A stretch of 64,000 bases of DNA, from positions 1,491,057-1,555,056 of the forward strand of contig OZ257136.1 in NCBI GenBank assembly GCA_965278995.1. The letters are read 5' to 3'. The position numbers and the translations under genes are program-made. Position 1 is the stretch's first letter; every line of letters starts with the position of its first letter. Positions 19,185 to 28,684 of the stretch are shown here, in pieces. This DNA comes from Gammaproteobacteria bacterium (lineage in GTDB: Bacteria > Pseudomonadota > Gammaproteobacteria > Ga0077536). A model generated the notes under the pieces. That model did no database searches and had not been told where the DNA came from. It saw only the letters and a list, made by a program, of their open reading frames with translations.

Positions 19185-20711
19185 TTATAGTCGCTGCTGT
19201 TCGAACAGCGCGGCATGTCGTTCACGCAGCAGATTTTTCTGGACCTTGCCCATGCTGTTGCGCGGCAGGTCGTCGACAACGACGATTTGCTTCGGCACCT
19301 TGTAGCCGGCAAGCCGGGTTTTCAGCTCTCCAATCAACACATCGCCCGGCAACGATGTGCCATTGCCGACGACTGCAGCGACGACCGCCTCGCCATAATC
19401 GGCATGCGGGACACCGAAGACGGCGGCCTCGATGACGCCGGCACAGCTCTCCAGTTCGCGCTCAATCTCTTTCGGGTACACGTTCAGACCACCAGTGATG
19501 ATCATGTCCTTGCTGCGTCCGACGATATGCAGATAGCCGTCGGCGTCCAGGTAACCCTGATCGCCAGTACGGAAATAGCCGTCGGCAGTAAAAGCTTCGG
19601 CGGTGGTCTCTGGCAGTCCCCGGTATCCACCGAACACATTCGGCCCATGAACTTCAATGTTGCCGATAGCGCCGCTGCCGAGAATTTTGCCGCCGTCATC
19701 GACGATACGGAGCGCAACGCCCGCCAGAGGTGGACCGACCGAGCCCGGCTTCCGCATGCCATGCAGCGGATTTGACGTATTGATACCGGTTTCGGTCATG
19801 CCGTAGCGCTCGAGAATGCGCTGCCCGGTACGCTCCTCGAAAGCGCTGAATGTCGCTTCGCTCAGCGGTGCCGACCCGGAAATGAAAACACGCACACTGG
19901 CGCAGCACTCACGTGTGAATGCTGACGTATTGAGCAGCCTCGTATAATAAGTTGGCACACCGGCCATCATGGTTGCGCCCGCCAGTGCCGCGATGACGGC
20001 CCCCGGCTCGAAGCGCGGCAGAAATCGCACGCGTGTTCCTGCCAACAGCGCTGGCCCGAGCGTGATGAACAAGCCATGCACGTGATACAACGGCAGCGCA
20101 TGCACCAGGATGTCATCGCCGCTGAATGCCCACGCCGCGACCAGCGCCTGCGCATTCGTCAGTAGATTACCGTGAGTGATCGGGATGCCTTTCGGTTTGC
20201 CGGTCGTACCGGACGAATAGAGCAGCGCAGCGGGCTCGCCGACGGCGACGCACTGCGTTGCGAATGTCGGTGCCGCGGACTGCCACCGGTGGTCGATGTA
20301 GTCCACACCGTGGCCACCAACGGTCAGAATGCGCTGGACTGATGGGCTGTCAGCTGCGGCAGCGGTCACCCGGGTCAGCAGTGCGTTTTCGCACACAACC
20401 AGACGCGATGCCGAATCCCGCAGGAAAAACGCCAGCTCAGTCTCGGTATAAGTCGGGTTGAGCGGGTGATAGACGCAACCGGCGCGCAGGCAGCCGAGAT
20501 ACAGCCACAGCAGTTCGAGCGACTTGTCGGCAACGACGGCGACCCGATCGCCGGGTTCGAGTCCGAGTTCGACCAGGGTGTTAGCTGCACGCGCCGACCA
20601 CTGCTCGAGGTCGGCGCCGGTGTAACAGTCACCAGTCGGGGTTTCCACGCAGCAATCCTCAGCGTTGAAGCGCTGAGCAAAATGCGCATACAGATTCGCG
20701 TTGTTAGTCAC
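19185..20711 (-). CDS. AMP-dependent acyl-CoA synthetase/ligase (malonyl-CoA-synthetase-like)
   Basis: 'LYSSGTTGKPKG' AMP-binding motif, 'GYGMTE', and a C-terminal 'GKVQK' motif. Confidence 0.8.
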   Translation of the reverse strand: MTNNANLYAHFAQRFNAEDCCVETPTGDCYTGADLEQWSARAANTLVELGLEPGDRVAVVADKSLELLWLYLGCLRAGCVYHPLNPTYTETELAFFLRDSASRLVVCENALLTRVTAAAADSPSVQRILTVGGHGVDYIDHRWQSAAPTFATQCVAVGEPAALLYSSGTTGKPKGIPITHGNLLTNAQALVAAWAFSGDDILVHALPLYHVHGLFITLGPALLAGTRVRFLPRFEPGAVIAALAGATMMAGVPTYYTRLLNTSAFTRECCASVRVFISGSAPLSEATFSAFEERTGQRILERYGMTETGINTSNPLHGMRKPGSVGPPLAGVALRIVDDGGKILGSGAIGNIEVHGPNVFGGYRGLPETTAEAFTADGYFRTGDQGYLDADGYLHIVGRSKDMIITGGLNVYPKEIERELESCAGVIEAAVFGVPHADYGEAVVAAVVGNGTSLPGDVLIGELKTRLAGYKVPKQIVVVDDLPRNSMGKVQKNLLRERHAALFEQQRL

Positions 20712-20718
20712 CGGCCTG

Positions 20719-21864
20719 CTACAGCGCGCGCGCGATCAGTTCCTTCATGATCTCGTTCGACCCGCCGTAAATCATCTGCACACGGCTGTCGGCGAAATAA
20801 TGCGCTATCGGGTACTCCATCATATAGCCGTAACCACCATGGAGTTGCAAGCAACGGTGCGCTGCCTCGAACTGCTTCTCGCTGCACCACCACTTGGCCA
20901 TCGACGCGGTCTCGTTGTCGAGGCGCCCGGCTATCAGCTCGACAATACAATAGTCGACAAACACGCGTGCTATCCGCGCTTCCGTCTTGATCTCGGCCAG
21001 CGTGAATTTGGTGTTTTGAAATTCGGCCAGGGCCTGACCGAAAGCGCGGCGCTGTTTGACGTACTCGATGGTGCCTTCCAGCGCCTGCTCCATGGCGGCG
21101 ACGCCGGCTACAGCGATAATCAGTCGTTCGCGCGGCAGTTGCGCCATGAGCTGATAGAAACCCTGCCCGGGAACGCCGCCGAGAATATTACCGGCCGGTA
21201 CGCGGCAATCGTCGAAGAAGAGCTCGCAGGTATCCTGCCCTTTCATGCCGATTTTCTTCAATGGCTTGTTGCGGCGGAAACCCTCGACTTCGTCGACTTC
21301 GACCATCAACAGCGAAATACCTTTGGCGCGCTCGTCCGGATTGGTCTTACAGATCACGCAGATCAGGTTCGCGTTGTAACCGTTGGTGATGAACGTCTTC
21401 GATCCATTCAGTACATACACGTCGCCATCCAGCATCGCGCGTGTCTTCACTGCCTGCAGATCTGAACCGGTACCGGGCTCGGTCATCGCGATCGCCGCGA
21501 TGAATTCGCCGGTTGCCATCCGCGGCAGCCAGCGATGGCGTTGTTCCTCGGTCCCATAGCGCATGAGGTAATGCGCAACGATACTCTGTATGCCATTGCC
21601 AAAACTGGAGACGCAGGCGCGCTGGATCTCTTCATAGGTGATGACGTCGAAACCGAAATCGCCGCCACCACCGCCGTATTCCGCCGGAACGTCCGGGCAC
21701 AGCAGACCGACTTCACCGGCCTTGCGCCACACCTCCGGTTCGGGATGGCCCTGCTCGATCCAGCGATCGCGATGCGGAACGAATTCGTTCAGGACGAACC
21801 GGCGCACGGCGTCTCGATACGTTTCGTGATCGGGCGTGGTCCAGGGCGAACGATACACATTCAT
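20719..21864 (-). CDS. acyl-CoA dehydrogenase
   Basis: ACAD motifs 'GTGSDLQAVKTRA' and 'LQLHGGYGYMMEYPIA'. Confidence 0.85.
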   Translation of the reverse strand: MNVYRSPWTTPDHETYRDAVRRFVLNEFVPHRDRWIEQGHPEPEVWRKAGEVGLLCPDVPAEYGGGGGDFGFDVITYEEIQRACVSSFGNGIQSIVAHYLMRYGTEEQRHRWLPRMATGEFIAAIAMTEPGTGSDLQAVKTRAMLDGDVYVLNGSKTFITNGYNANLICVICKTNPDERAKGISLLMVEVDEVEGFRRNKPLKKIGMKGQDTCELFFDDCRVPAGNILGGVPGQGFYQLMAQLPRERLIIAVAGVAAMEQALEGTIEYVKQRRAFGQALAEFQNTKFTLAEIKTEARIARVFVDYCIVELIAGRLDNETASMAKWWCSEKQFEAAHRCLQLHGGYGYMMEYPIAHYFADSRVQMIYGGSNEIMKELIARAL

Positions 21865-21903
21865 GCGACTGCTCCGGAATACTGTTGGAGGGTCAGACGC
21901 ACG

Positions 21904-23106
21904 CTATGGCGCGTGCAGACCAAAAATCGACACGCTCGCCACGTTACGGAACGGATGCCCACCCAGATTGTGCGTCAAACCCAGCGTCGGATTGGAGAGC
22001 TGCCGTTTACCAGCGCGCCCGAGCAGTTGCAGATACATCTCGTAAGCCATGCGCAGGCCGCTTGCACCGATAGGATGGCCGAAACATTTCAGTCCGCCAT
22101 CGATCTGGCACGGGACCTCGCCATCGCGGTCGAACTTGCCATCGAGCACATCTTTGATGGCACCTCCTTCTGGACTCAAACCGAGGTCCTCCATCACCAC
22201 CAGTTCAGTAACCGAAAAACAGTCGTGCACTTCCGTCATGTCGAGTTCTTTGGCGGGATTGGTCACGCCGGCTTCTCTGTAAGCCCGTTCGGCGGCAATC
22301 CGCGTCGTCAGCAGATAGCTGCCGTCCCACGCCGTATTCGACATCTCGAGACCATTGCTCGGGGCGAGCTGCATGGCCTTGATTGTGACCAGATCCCTGA
22401 AGCCCATCTCGCGGGCTTTTTCGACGCTGGTGACAATCGCGCATGCGGCGCCATCGCTGACACCGCAGCAATCGTAGAGCCCCAGCGGATAAGCGATCAT
22501 CGGCGCATTCAGTGCCTGTTCTTCAGTGATCTCGCGCTGCAGATGCGCTTTCGGGTTGAGCGCACCGTTGATATGGCTTTTGTAGGAAATGTGCGCCATC
22601 GCGCGTTTGAGATCGCTCATGTCACAGCGGTGTTTCGCGGCATAGGCGCTAGCCAGCTGGGCGAATGCGCCCGGTGCCGTCGCATTCGGCAGCCACAGGT
22701 CGTCGAAGGTGCCTTTGCTGCGCTCGGGCAGACCGCCATAGCCGGTATCTTTCAGTTTCTCGACGCCAACCGCGAGCGCGATATCGCAGGCACCAGCGGC
22801 GACCGCATACGCTGCGCCACGCAGCGCTTCAGTGCCAGTTGCGCAGAGATTCTCGACCCGTGTGACAGGTATGTTCGGCAGCCGCAGAGACATGCTGAGC
22901 GGCAGCGCCGACTTGCCGGCGCTCTGTTCCTGAAAAAACAGACCCAGCCAGGCCATCTCGATGTCGTTGCGTTCGACCCTGGCGTCGGCCAGTGCTTCGT
23001 TGAACGCTTCGACAATCAACTCTTCGGGCCCGCAGTCCCAGCGTTCGCCAAACTTGGTGCAGCCCATGCCGATGATCGCAACTTTGTCCTTGATGCCTTT
23101 GGCCAT
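21904..23106 (-). CDS. SCP-x-type thiolase (catalytic Cys present)
   Basis: 'KVAIIGMGCTKFGERWD' and 'VENLCATGTEALRGAAYAV'. Same thiolase subfamily that complexes with HMGCS/DUF35 in archaea. Confidence 0.75.
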   Translation of the reverse strand: MAKGIKDKVAIIGMGCTKFGERWDCGPEELIVEAFNEALADARVERNDIEMAWLGLFFQEQSAGKSALPLSMSLRLPNIPVTRVENLCATGTEALRGAAYAVAAGACDIALAVGVEKLKDTGYGGLPERSKGTFDDLWLPNATAPGAFAQLASAYAAKHRCDMSDLKRAMAHISYKSHINGALNPKAHLQREITEEQALNAPMIAYPLGLYDCCGVSDGAACAIVTSVEKAREMGFRDLVTIKAMQLAPSNGLEMSNTAWDGSYLLTTRIAAERAYREAGVTNPAKELDMTEVHDCFSVTELVVMEDLGLSPEGGAIKDVLDGKFDRDGEVPCQIDGGLKCFGHPIGASGLRMAYEMYLQLLGRAGKRQLSNPTLGLTHNLGGHPFRNVASVSIFGLHAP

Positions 23107-23133
23107 GTCTAGTCTCCTGGCAGCCTGTCGAAC

Positions 23134-24588
23134 TTAGGCTGAATCTATTGCGGTGGTGGGCTGACCGAGCAGAGGTGCCGGTTTCCAGAAATAGCGCCGG
23201 AAGTTTCGTTTCGGATCGAAATCCTTGATGCGGAAGACGAGCCGAACATTGTCGCCCACCTTGATCTGTCCGGCGGCGAAATCAGTGAACTCGAGCATGA
23301 TGTTGGCGCCGTCCTGAAACTCGACGTTGCCGTAGATGTAAGGCGGCGACGGCGTATAGGCCAACCAGTCTTCGGTGAACGATTTGACCCGCCCGAGCAG
23401 ATTGGACAGTGTCTCGGGTTCCTGCGAATCCGCGGCGCTGCATTTCACACACACCAGACTGCGCGGAAACTGCAGCGTATTGCACGCGCGGCAGCGCCCG
23501 CCCAGCATGGAGTTGATATCGCGCCGCTTGCGATAGTAAGCCGACAGTGCAGTCCGGTTATCGCGTTCGGAACGAATGCCGAAATCGATCGAGATCTGAT
23601 TGCGCAACGAGAGAAAAAACGTGTAGTTGTCGGTGCGTCGATGCGCATCGAGATAATGCTGCGGTCCGCGACCGGGCTGCACCTGGCTCAACTGCGCGGT
23701 GGTCTCGATGAGGATGGCATCGGCGCCCTGGCCGAAACCCACCAGCATGATGCGCTCGCCCGGCGCCGCCTGCCCGAGCGCCAGCGCCAGTTGCAACAAC
23801 GGCTGCGCGGCACCGCAGTCGCCGCACTGACCGACCAGGGGGTCGACAAAACGCCGGGCGTCGATATCGAGTCTTTTGGCCAGTGCGCGCGCGGTATCGA
23901 GTGAACCGTGCAGCGCAATGCGATCAATGTCCTTGAGTGCAATGCAAGCTGCGGCTGCAGCGCGTTCCATGACCAACGGCACGATTTTGAGATAGCCCTC
24001 TTCGCGTACCCAGCGTTCTTCCAGGCTGTAGTCGTATTCGGCGTCCGACGCGCGATACTGATCGACGAGGTCTTCATGGCAGGACGCCGCAGCGAGAAAC
24101 GTCGCCACCGGTCGACCGTCGCCGACGAGAACAGCACCGGCACCATGCCCATAGAGCATTTCCTGCGCACTGCCGGGCCGCGTTTCGCGGCAATCGCTGG
24201 CCAACAGCAGCGTCGTGGCGCCGCCATGTGCGAGGCGCGCCAGTGCAGAAGTAGCGGCGCGACGGCTGCCCGCGAGATCTTCGACCATGACCTGGTTATC
24301 GAGAACCAGCGCGTCGGCGACCAGACCACCGTTGCTGCGATCGGCAAACGGCAGCGTCGTTGAAGCCAGATTGAGTTGCGTTACCGGCGTGTCCATCCCC
24401 GCCAGGCAATCGCGCCCTGCTTCCACCGCCATGGTGATGGCGTCTTCGTCCCAGTTGGCGACAGCGCGTTCGCCTGCGGCCAGTCCGCGCAACGAGGGCA
24501 CCGCCCAGCCGACGGCGCCAAGAATTGCCTGGCGTGACAGCCGCAACGGCGGCACGTAGGCACCGAAAGAAAGTATTCCGTAAGTCAT
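23134..24588 (-). CDS. HMG-CoA-synthase-like (thiolase-fold) domain fused to a C-terminal DUF35 OB-fold/Zn-ribbon domain
   Basis: Start trimmed to 'MTYGILSFGAYVPPLRLS...'. The N-terminal ~330 aa is HMGCS/KAS-III-like. The C-terminus 'CRACNTLQFPRSLVCVKCSA...' is a DUF35 Zn-ribbon plus OB-fold. Confidence 0.65.
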   Translation of the reverse strand: MTYGILSFGAYVPPLRLSRQAILGAVGWAVPSLRGLAAGERAVANWDEDAITMAVEAGRDCLAGMDTPVTQLNLASTTLPFADRSNGGLVADALVLDNQVMVEDLAGSRRAATSALARLAHGGATTLLLASDCRETRPGSAQEMLYGHGAGAVLVGDGRPVATFLAAASCHEDLVDQYRASDAEYDYSLEERWVREEGYLKIVPLVMERAAAAACIALKDIDRIALHGSLDTARALAKRLDIDARRFVDPLVGQCGDCGAAQPLLQLALALGQAAPGERIMLVGFGQGADAILIETTAQLSQVQPGRGPQHYLDAHRRTDNYTFFLSLRNQISIDFGIRSERDNRTALSAYYRKRRDINSMLGGRCRACNTLQFPRSLVCVKCSAADSQEPETLSNLLGRVKSFTEDWLAYTPSPPYIYGNVEFQDGANIMLEFTDFAAGQIKVGDNVRLVFRIKDFDPKRNFRRYFWKPAPLLGQPTTAIDSA

Positions 24589-24731
24589 CGTTGCTGTCTC
24601 TGCGCAGGACTGGGGTGGCCGGCGGGCCGCCGCGAGTGTACTGGTAGCGCACGCCCCCCGCCAAGACGCGCGTGGCCGAGCCATTCTCGCAGCTTAGTCA
24701 GCGGCTGGAAACGAGATAACGTCGATCGCAG

Positions 24732-25283
24732 CTACAAGCCTGCCGGGCGTTTCTGCAGTTTGCGCTGCAGCGTGCGTCGGTGCATGCCGAGCCGCTTGGC
24801 CGCGACCGAGATATTGCCGGCGCAGGCTACCAGGGTCTTCTGGATGTGCTCCCATTCGAGCTGGATTAATGGCGTCGGTCGGCTGCTGACATCGACCGCG
24901 ACCTGTTCCGATCGCTGCCGAAACGCGGCGACGATTTCGTTGGCGTCGGCAGGCTTGGTCAGATACTCCACAGCGCCAAGTTTGATCGCACGGACGGCTG
25001 TCGTAATACTCGCATAGCCAGTCAATACGACAATGCGTGCGTTTGGGCAGGCAGCCAGCAGCGGTTCGACCAGGTCGAGCCCGGAGTCGTCACGCAGACG
25101 CAGGTCGAGCACGATCGCGCCAGGCTGTTCGCGGGTCGCGACAGCACAGGCACCCTCGCCGTCGGCAGCGCTGACGACGCGATAGCCGCGCCGCAAAAGT
25201 GCTGCACTGAGTGCAGCAACGAAATCAGGGTCGTCATCAACGATCAGGCAGGTCCCGGCCAGGTCTGATTGCGGGCCGTTCAT
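24732..25283 (-). CDS. regA: response regulator, RegA/PrrA/ActR family (REC + Fis-type HTH)
   Basis: 'LIVDDDPDFVAAL' REC domain. C-terminal 'EWEHIQKTLVACAGNISVAAKRLGMHRRTLQRKLQKRP' is the hallmark RegA HTH. Confidence 0.8.
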   Translation of the reverse strand: MNGPQSDLAGTCLIVDDDPDFVAALSAALLRRGYRVVSAADGEGACAVATREQPGAIVLDLRLRDDSGLDLVEPLLAACPNARIVVLTGYASITTAVRAIKLGAVEYLTKPADANEIVAAFRQRSEQVAVDVSSRPTPLIQLEWEHIQKTLVACAGNISVAAKRLGMHRRTLQRKLQKRPAGL

Positions 25284-26533
25284 GCCAGGGACAACGGCGC
25301 CAGCGGCAGGGTAATGCGCGCACTCGTGCCCATCCGCGGGCGGACATCCAGTGCGAGGGTGCCACCGAGACGCTCGACGATCGAGCGCGACAGCAACAGT
25401 CCAATGCCCATGCCATCCGCTTTGGTTGTCAGCGCTTCGCGGCCAATGCGTGCACGAATATCGGGAGCAATGCCCTCGCCATCGTCGTCGACGGCCAGTT
25501 CGAAAGCGTGCTCGTCCCAGGTTCCTCGAACCGTGACCTGCCGGCTGGCGGCATCGGCGGCGTTATCGAGCACGTTGACGATGGCCTGCCCGATGACGCG
25601 ATCGGCGACGATACTGGGCGCAGGACGCTGCCCGTTCCAGATCTGTGCCAGATGCACTTCAGGACGTCGTTGATGCCAATCAGCGACGAGCGTTTCGAGA
25701 TAGTTCGCCAGATCCACCCGCTGCCCGCTCTCTGCTCGCAGATTCCCGGCGCCGGCCGCCATGCGCGAGAGAATCTCCTTGCACCGTGCGACCTGCTGTT
25801 GCAGTCGGCGCAACTGGTCGCGATCGACCGGACGAACCGCGGTTTCGGCGAGTTCGCCGGCGAGGATTGCGATAGTCGACAGCGGCGTTCCGAGTTCATG
25901 CGCGGTACCGGCAGCCAGCGTCCCGAGCGCGAGCATGCGCTCGTTTTCGAGTGCCGCTTCGCGCAGGTCGGCGAGTTCGCGGTCGCGCACGCGTTGCCGC
26001 CGCGCGATGCGGGCGACAAACAACGCCACACACACAGCGCTCAGGACAAAGCCGTACCACATGCCCCACACGTGGAGATCAAAGCGGCCTGCATCGCCCT
26101 GCAGATGGCCATGCAGATGCACATCCACCTGAGGAGCGGCTGGTTGAATAAACATCAACGCCGTGTAGCAGGTGCCAGCCAGCAGCGTGATGCCGGCGGT
26201 GGAAGCTGGCGGCATCGCAGCGGCGGCGAACACTATCGGCAGCAGAAAAAGCGAAATAAAAGGATTGAATGCACCGCCAGTGAAATAGACCAGTGCCGAG
26301 AGCGCGACGATATCGGCGCTCGAATGGAACAGATAGAGACGCTGGTCGCGACCGGTGCTGCTGCGAAGCAGCCAGGTCCCCCCCGTCAGCGCGGCAAGCA
26401 GGAGCAGGATGAGACTGACTGCCGGCCACGGCACCGCCACACCGAAAATCCTATCCATGGCAATCAGCGCGACGACCTGGCCGCCGATCACGACCAGGCG
26501 GATGAACAGCAGATAACGGAGTGTCGTATCCAT
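25280..26533 (-). CDS. regB: sensor histidine kinase, RegB/PrrB/ActS family
   Basis: Start trimmed to 'MDTTLRYLLF'. Multi-TM N-terminus, H-box 'AGTAHELGTPLSTI', and ATPase motifs. 4-nt overlap with regA. Confidence 0.75.
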   Translation of the reverse strand: MDTTLRYLLFIRLVVIGGQVVALIAMDRIFGVAVPWPAVSLILLLLAALTGGTWLLRSSTGRDQRLYLFHSSADIVALSALVYFTGGAFNPFISLFLLPIVFAAAAMPPASTAGITLLAGTCYTALMFIQPAAPQVDVHLHGHLQGDAGRFDLHVWGMWYGFVLSAVCVALFVARIARRQRVRDRELADLREAALENERMLALGTLAAGTAHELGTPLSTIAILAGELAETAVRPVDRDQLRRLQQQVARCKEILSRMAAGAGNLRAESGQRVDLANYLETLVADWHQRRPEVHLAQIWNGQRPAPSIVADRVIGQAIVNVLDNAADAASRQVTVRGTWDEHAFELAVDDDGEGIAPDIRARIGREALTTKADGMGIGLLLSRSIVERLGGTLALDVRPRMGTSARITLPLAPLSLA

Positions 26534-26604
26534 CGGCACATTATGCCGCGCGCCGCCGCCACTGCGCTGCACTGCGACGCTATGTCGCAGTGCGCCAGAC
26601 AGGG

Positions 26605-27645
26605 TTACAGCACCGTTTCGGCGACCAGGCGGATTTCCTCGGCACTGCTTGCCGACAGGATCATGGTGCCGAAATCTCCGCGTTTGGACGCCGCTTTCCA
26701 GCGCGAGAGCTGTTCGCGGATATGCGCCGGCGGCCCGACCAGACAGCAATCGTCGATGTACTGATCGGGCACTGCTGCGGCCGCTTCTTCTTTGCGCCCG
26801 GACAAAAACAGGTCCTGGATCTCGATCGCCGCGTCCACGTAGCCGAGTCGTTTGGTGTAGTCGTTATAGAAGTTCTTTTCACGCGCGCCCATGCCACCGA
26901 TATAGAGCGCGAAATGATGTTTGAGTTGCTGGCGACAGGCCGCGAGATCCGGCCCCATGGCCATGCGCACGAACGGCGCAAAGTCGAAATTCGTCATGCT
27001 CTTGCCGCCCCCGGCCTTGTCGAAGCCCGCTTTCAGCGCCGGTGCGAACATCTCCGGGCGGTCGGGGTTGATCCAGATCATGAAACAGCCGTCGGCGATT
27101 TCAGCTGCAGTCGAGACCCCCTTCTCAGTCGCGACCCCGGTATAGATCGGGATGTTCGGATTGCCGTGCAGGATGCTTTTCAGTGGTTTGCCCAGGCCCA
27201 GACTGCCTTCGCCGCGAAAAGGGATCTGATAGTGCTCGCCTTCATGCGTCAACGGCACCTCGCGTTTGAAGATAGTTCGCATGATGGAAATATATTCGCG
27301 CGTGCGCCCCAGCGGTTTGCCATAGGGCTGGCCATACCAGCCTTCGATGACCTGTGGGCCTGACGGCCCGATGCCGAGCATGAAACGCCCGCCCGACAGA
27401 TGGTCGAGCGTCATCGCCGTCATCGCGGTCATTGCCGGTGTGCGTGCCGCCATCTGCATGATGGCCGTGCCGGCCTTGATGCGCGTGGTCTGCGCGAGGA
27501 TCCAGGCGACCGGCGTGACAGCATCCGAACCCCATGCCTCCGCACTCCAGACCGAATCGAAGCCTGCCGCTTCGGCAGTGTGAACGAGGTCCATCGGTAG
27601 TTTGACGTGCGCGCCGGAATAGCCGACAACGAGTCCGAGTTTCAT
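26605..27645 (-). CDS. luciferase-like monooxygenase (LLM) family oxidoreductase, probably F420-dependent
   Basis: Start trimmed to 'MKLGLVVGYSG'. LLM TIM-barrel motifs. F420 dependence is inferred only from the cof operon being in the same window. Confidence 0.65.
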   Translation of the reverse strand: MKLGLVVGYSGAHVKLPMDLVHTAEAAGFDSVWSAEAWGSDAVTPVAWILAQTTRIKAGTAIMQMAARTPAMTAMTAMTLDHLSGGRFMLGIGPSGPQVIEGWYGQPYGKPLGRTREYISIMRTIFKREVPLTHEGEHYQIPFRGEGSLGLGKPLKSILHGNPNIPIYTGVATEKGVSTAAEIADGCFMIWINPDRPEMFAPALKAGFDKAGGGKSMTNFDFAPFVRMAMGPDLAACRQQLKHHFALYIGGMGAREKNFYNDYTKRLGYVDAAIEIQDLFLSGRKEEAAAAVPDQYIDDCCLVGPPAHIREQLSRWKAASKRGDFGTMILSASSAEEIRLVAETVL

Positions 27646-27661
27646 GGGTTTCTCCTTTGCA

Positions 27662-28684
27662 TCAGCGGATGTCATTCAGAATCTCGCCAAAAGCCTCGAT
27701 CACTTCCAGGCATTCCGTCCGCGAGGGATAGTGTTGACCTGGATTGACCGGATTACGTGTGCGTATGCAGAGCCAGTCCGGATTGACCTGCTCTTTCATC
27801 GCACCCATGCGATCGACCCATTTCTGTTTGTTGCCCAGGCATAGGAACATATTCTCGATCTGGTCCAGCATGTCTGTGGCTTCAGCATCCGGCGAAAGAC
27901 CTTTCTCGGCGTAAAAACTCCACTCGCGTACCCAGCGATGGCCGTGCTTCTCTCGCACACGCGGATCGTCGGACAACCAGCCCTCGAAACCAATCGTGAT
28001 CTGGAAATCCAGTTTGTTCCGCTCTGCTGCCCGTTCGCGCATGCTCTTCACGGCCGGCGCCAGCTCACTGACATGCGGCGGGAACCACAGGCACCAGCCT
28101 TCGTAGTTGAGCGCGCGTTCCATCGCTTTCGGTGCGAACGCACCAATCCAGATCGGCGGGCGCGGCTTCTGATACGGGTGTGGCGTGAGGCGCACGCCTT
28201 CATAGTGGAAATACTTGCCGTGATAGTTGAATTCTTCCTCGGTCCAGGCCCCGACGATGCAATCCATGGTCTCTTCGAAACGTTTGCCACGACCGTCGAA
28301 CGGCACACCGAAACAGCGGAAATAGTCCGGGTGATAGCCGACGCCGGCACCGAACACGAGACGCCCGCGGCTCAAATTGTCGACTGCGGCAAGCGATTCG
28401 GCGAGATGGATGGGGTGATGGAAAGTCGGCTGCATGACCGTGCACGCGAGCTGTACGCGATTGGTCACGGCAGCCAGGACGGCCAGTTGCGATGTGGTAT
28501 TCGGCCACCAGGTTTCCGGCCGTTGGTGGCGTTCCGGTACCCACAAGCCGTCGAAGCCGACGCGCTCGGCCAGCACGCTCTCGGCGATGCAATGATCCAT
28601 TGCATCAGCGACCTCGTCAGGGGTTGGCGTCGCAACCTGATCGTAGACGCCGAAATGCGTGTCGGGCATGTACGCTATTTTCAT
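27662..28684 (-). CDS. LLM family oxidoreductase
   Basis: 'MKIAYMPDTHFG...GFDGLWVPERHQ' LLM signature. Confidence 0.65.
   Translation of the reverse strand: MKIAYMPDTHFGVYDQVATPTPDEVADAMDHCIAESVLAERVGFDGLWVPERHQRPETWWPNTTSQLAVLAAVTNRVQLACTVMQPTFHHPIHLAESLAAVDNLSRGRLVFGAGVGYHPDYFRCFGVPFDGRGKRFEETMDCIVGAWTEEEFNYHGKYFHYEGVRLTPHPYQKPRPPIWIGAFAPKAMERALNYEGWCLWFPPHVSELAPAVKSMRERAAERNKLDFQITIGFEGWLSDDPRVREKHGHRWVREWSFYAEKGLSPDAEATDMLDQIENMFLCLGNKQKWVDRMGAMKEQVNPDWLCIRTRNPVNPGQHYPSRTECLEVIEAFGEILNDIR

Noticed and set aside
21535-23112. 525-aa plus-strand ORF antisense to the ACAD and thiolase genes
   Set aside because: No motifs. Same GC-driven artefact as above. It overlaps two well-supported minus-strand genes.
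25211-26764. 517-aa plus-strand ORF antisense to regB
   Set aside because: Arg-rich nonsense composition. regB has H-box and TM topology.
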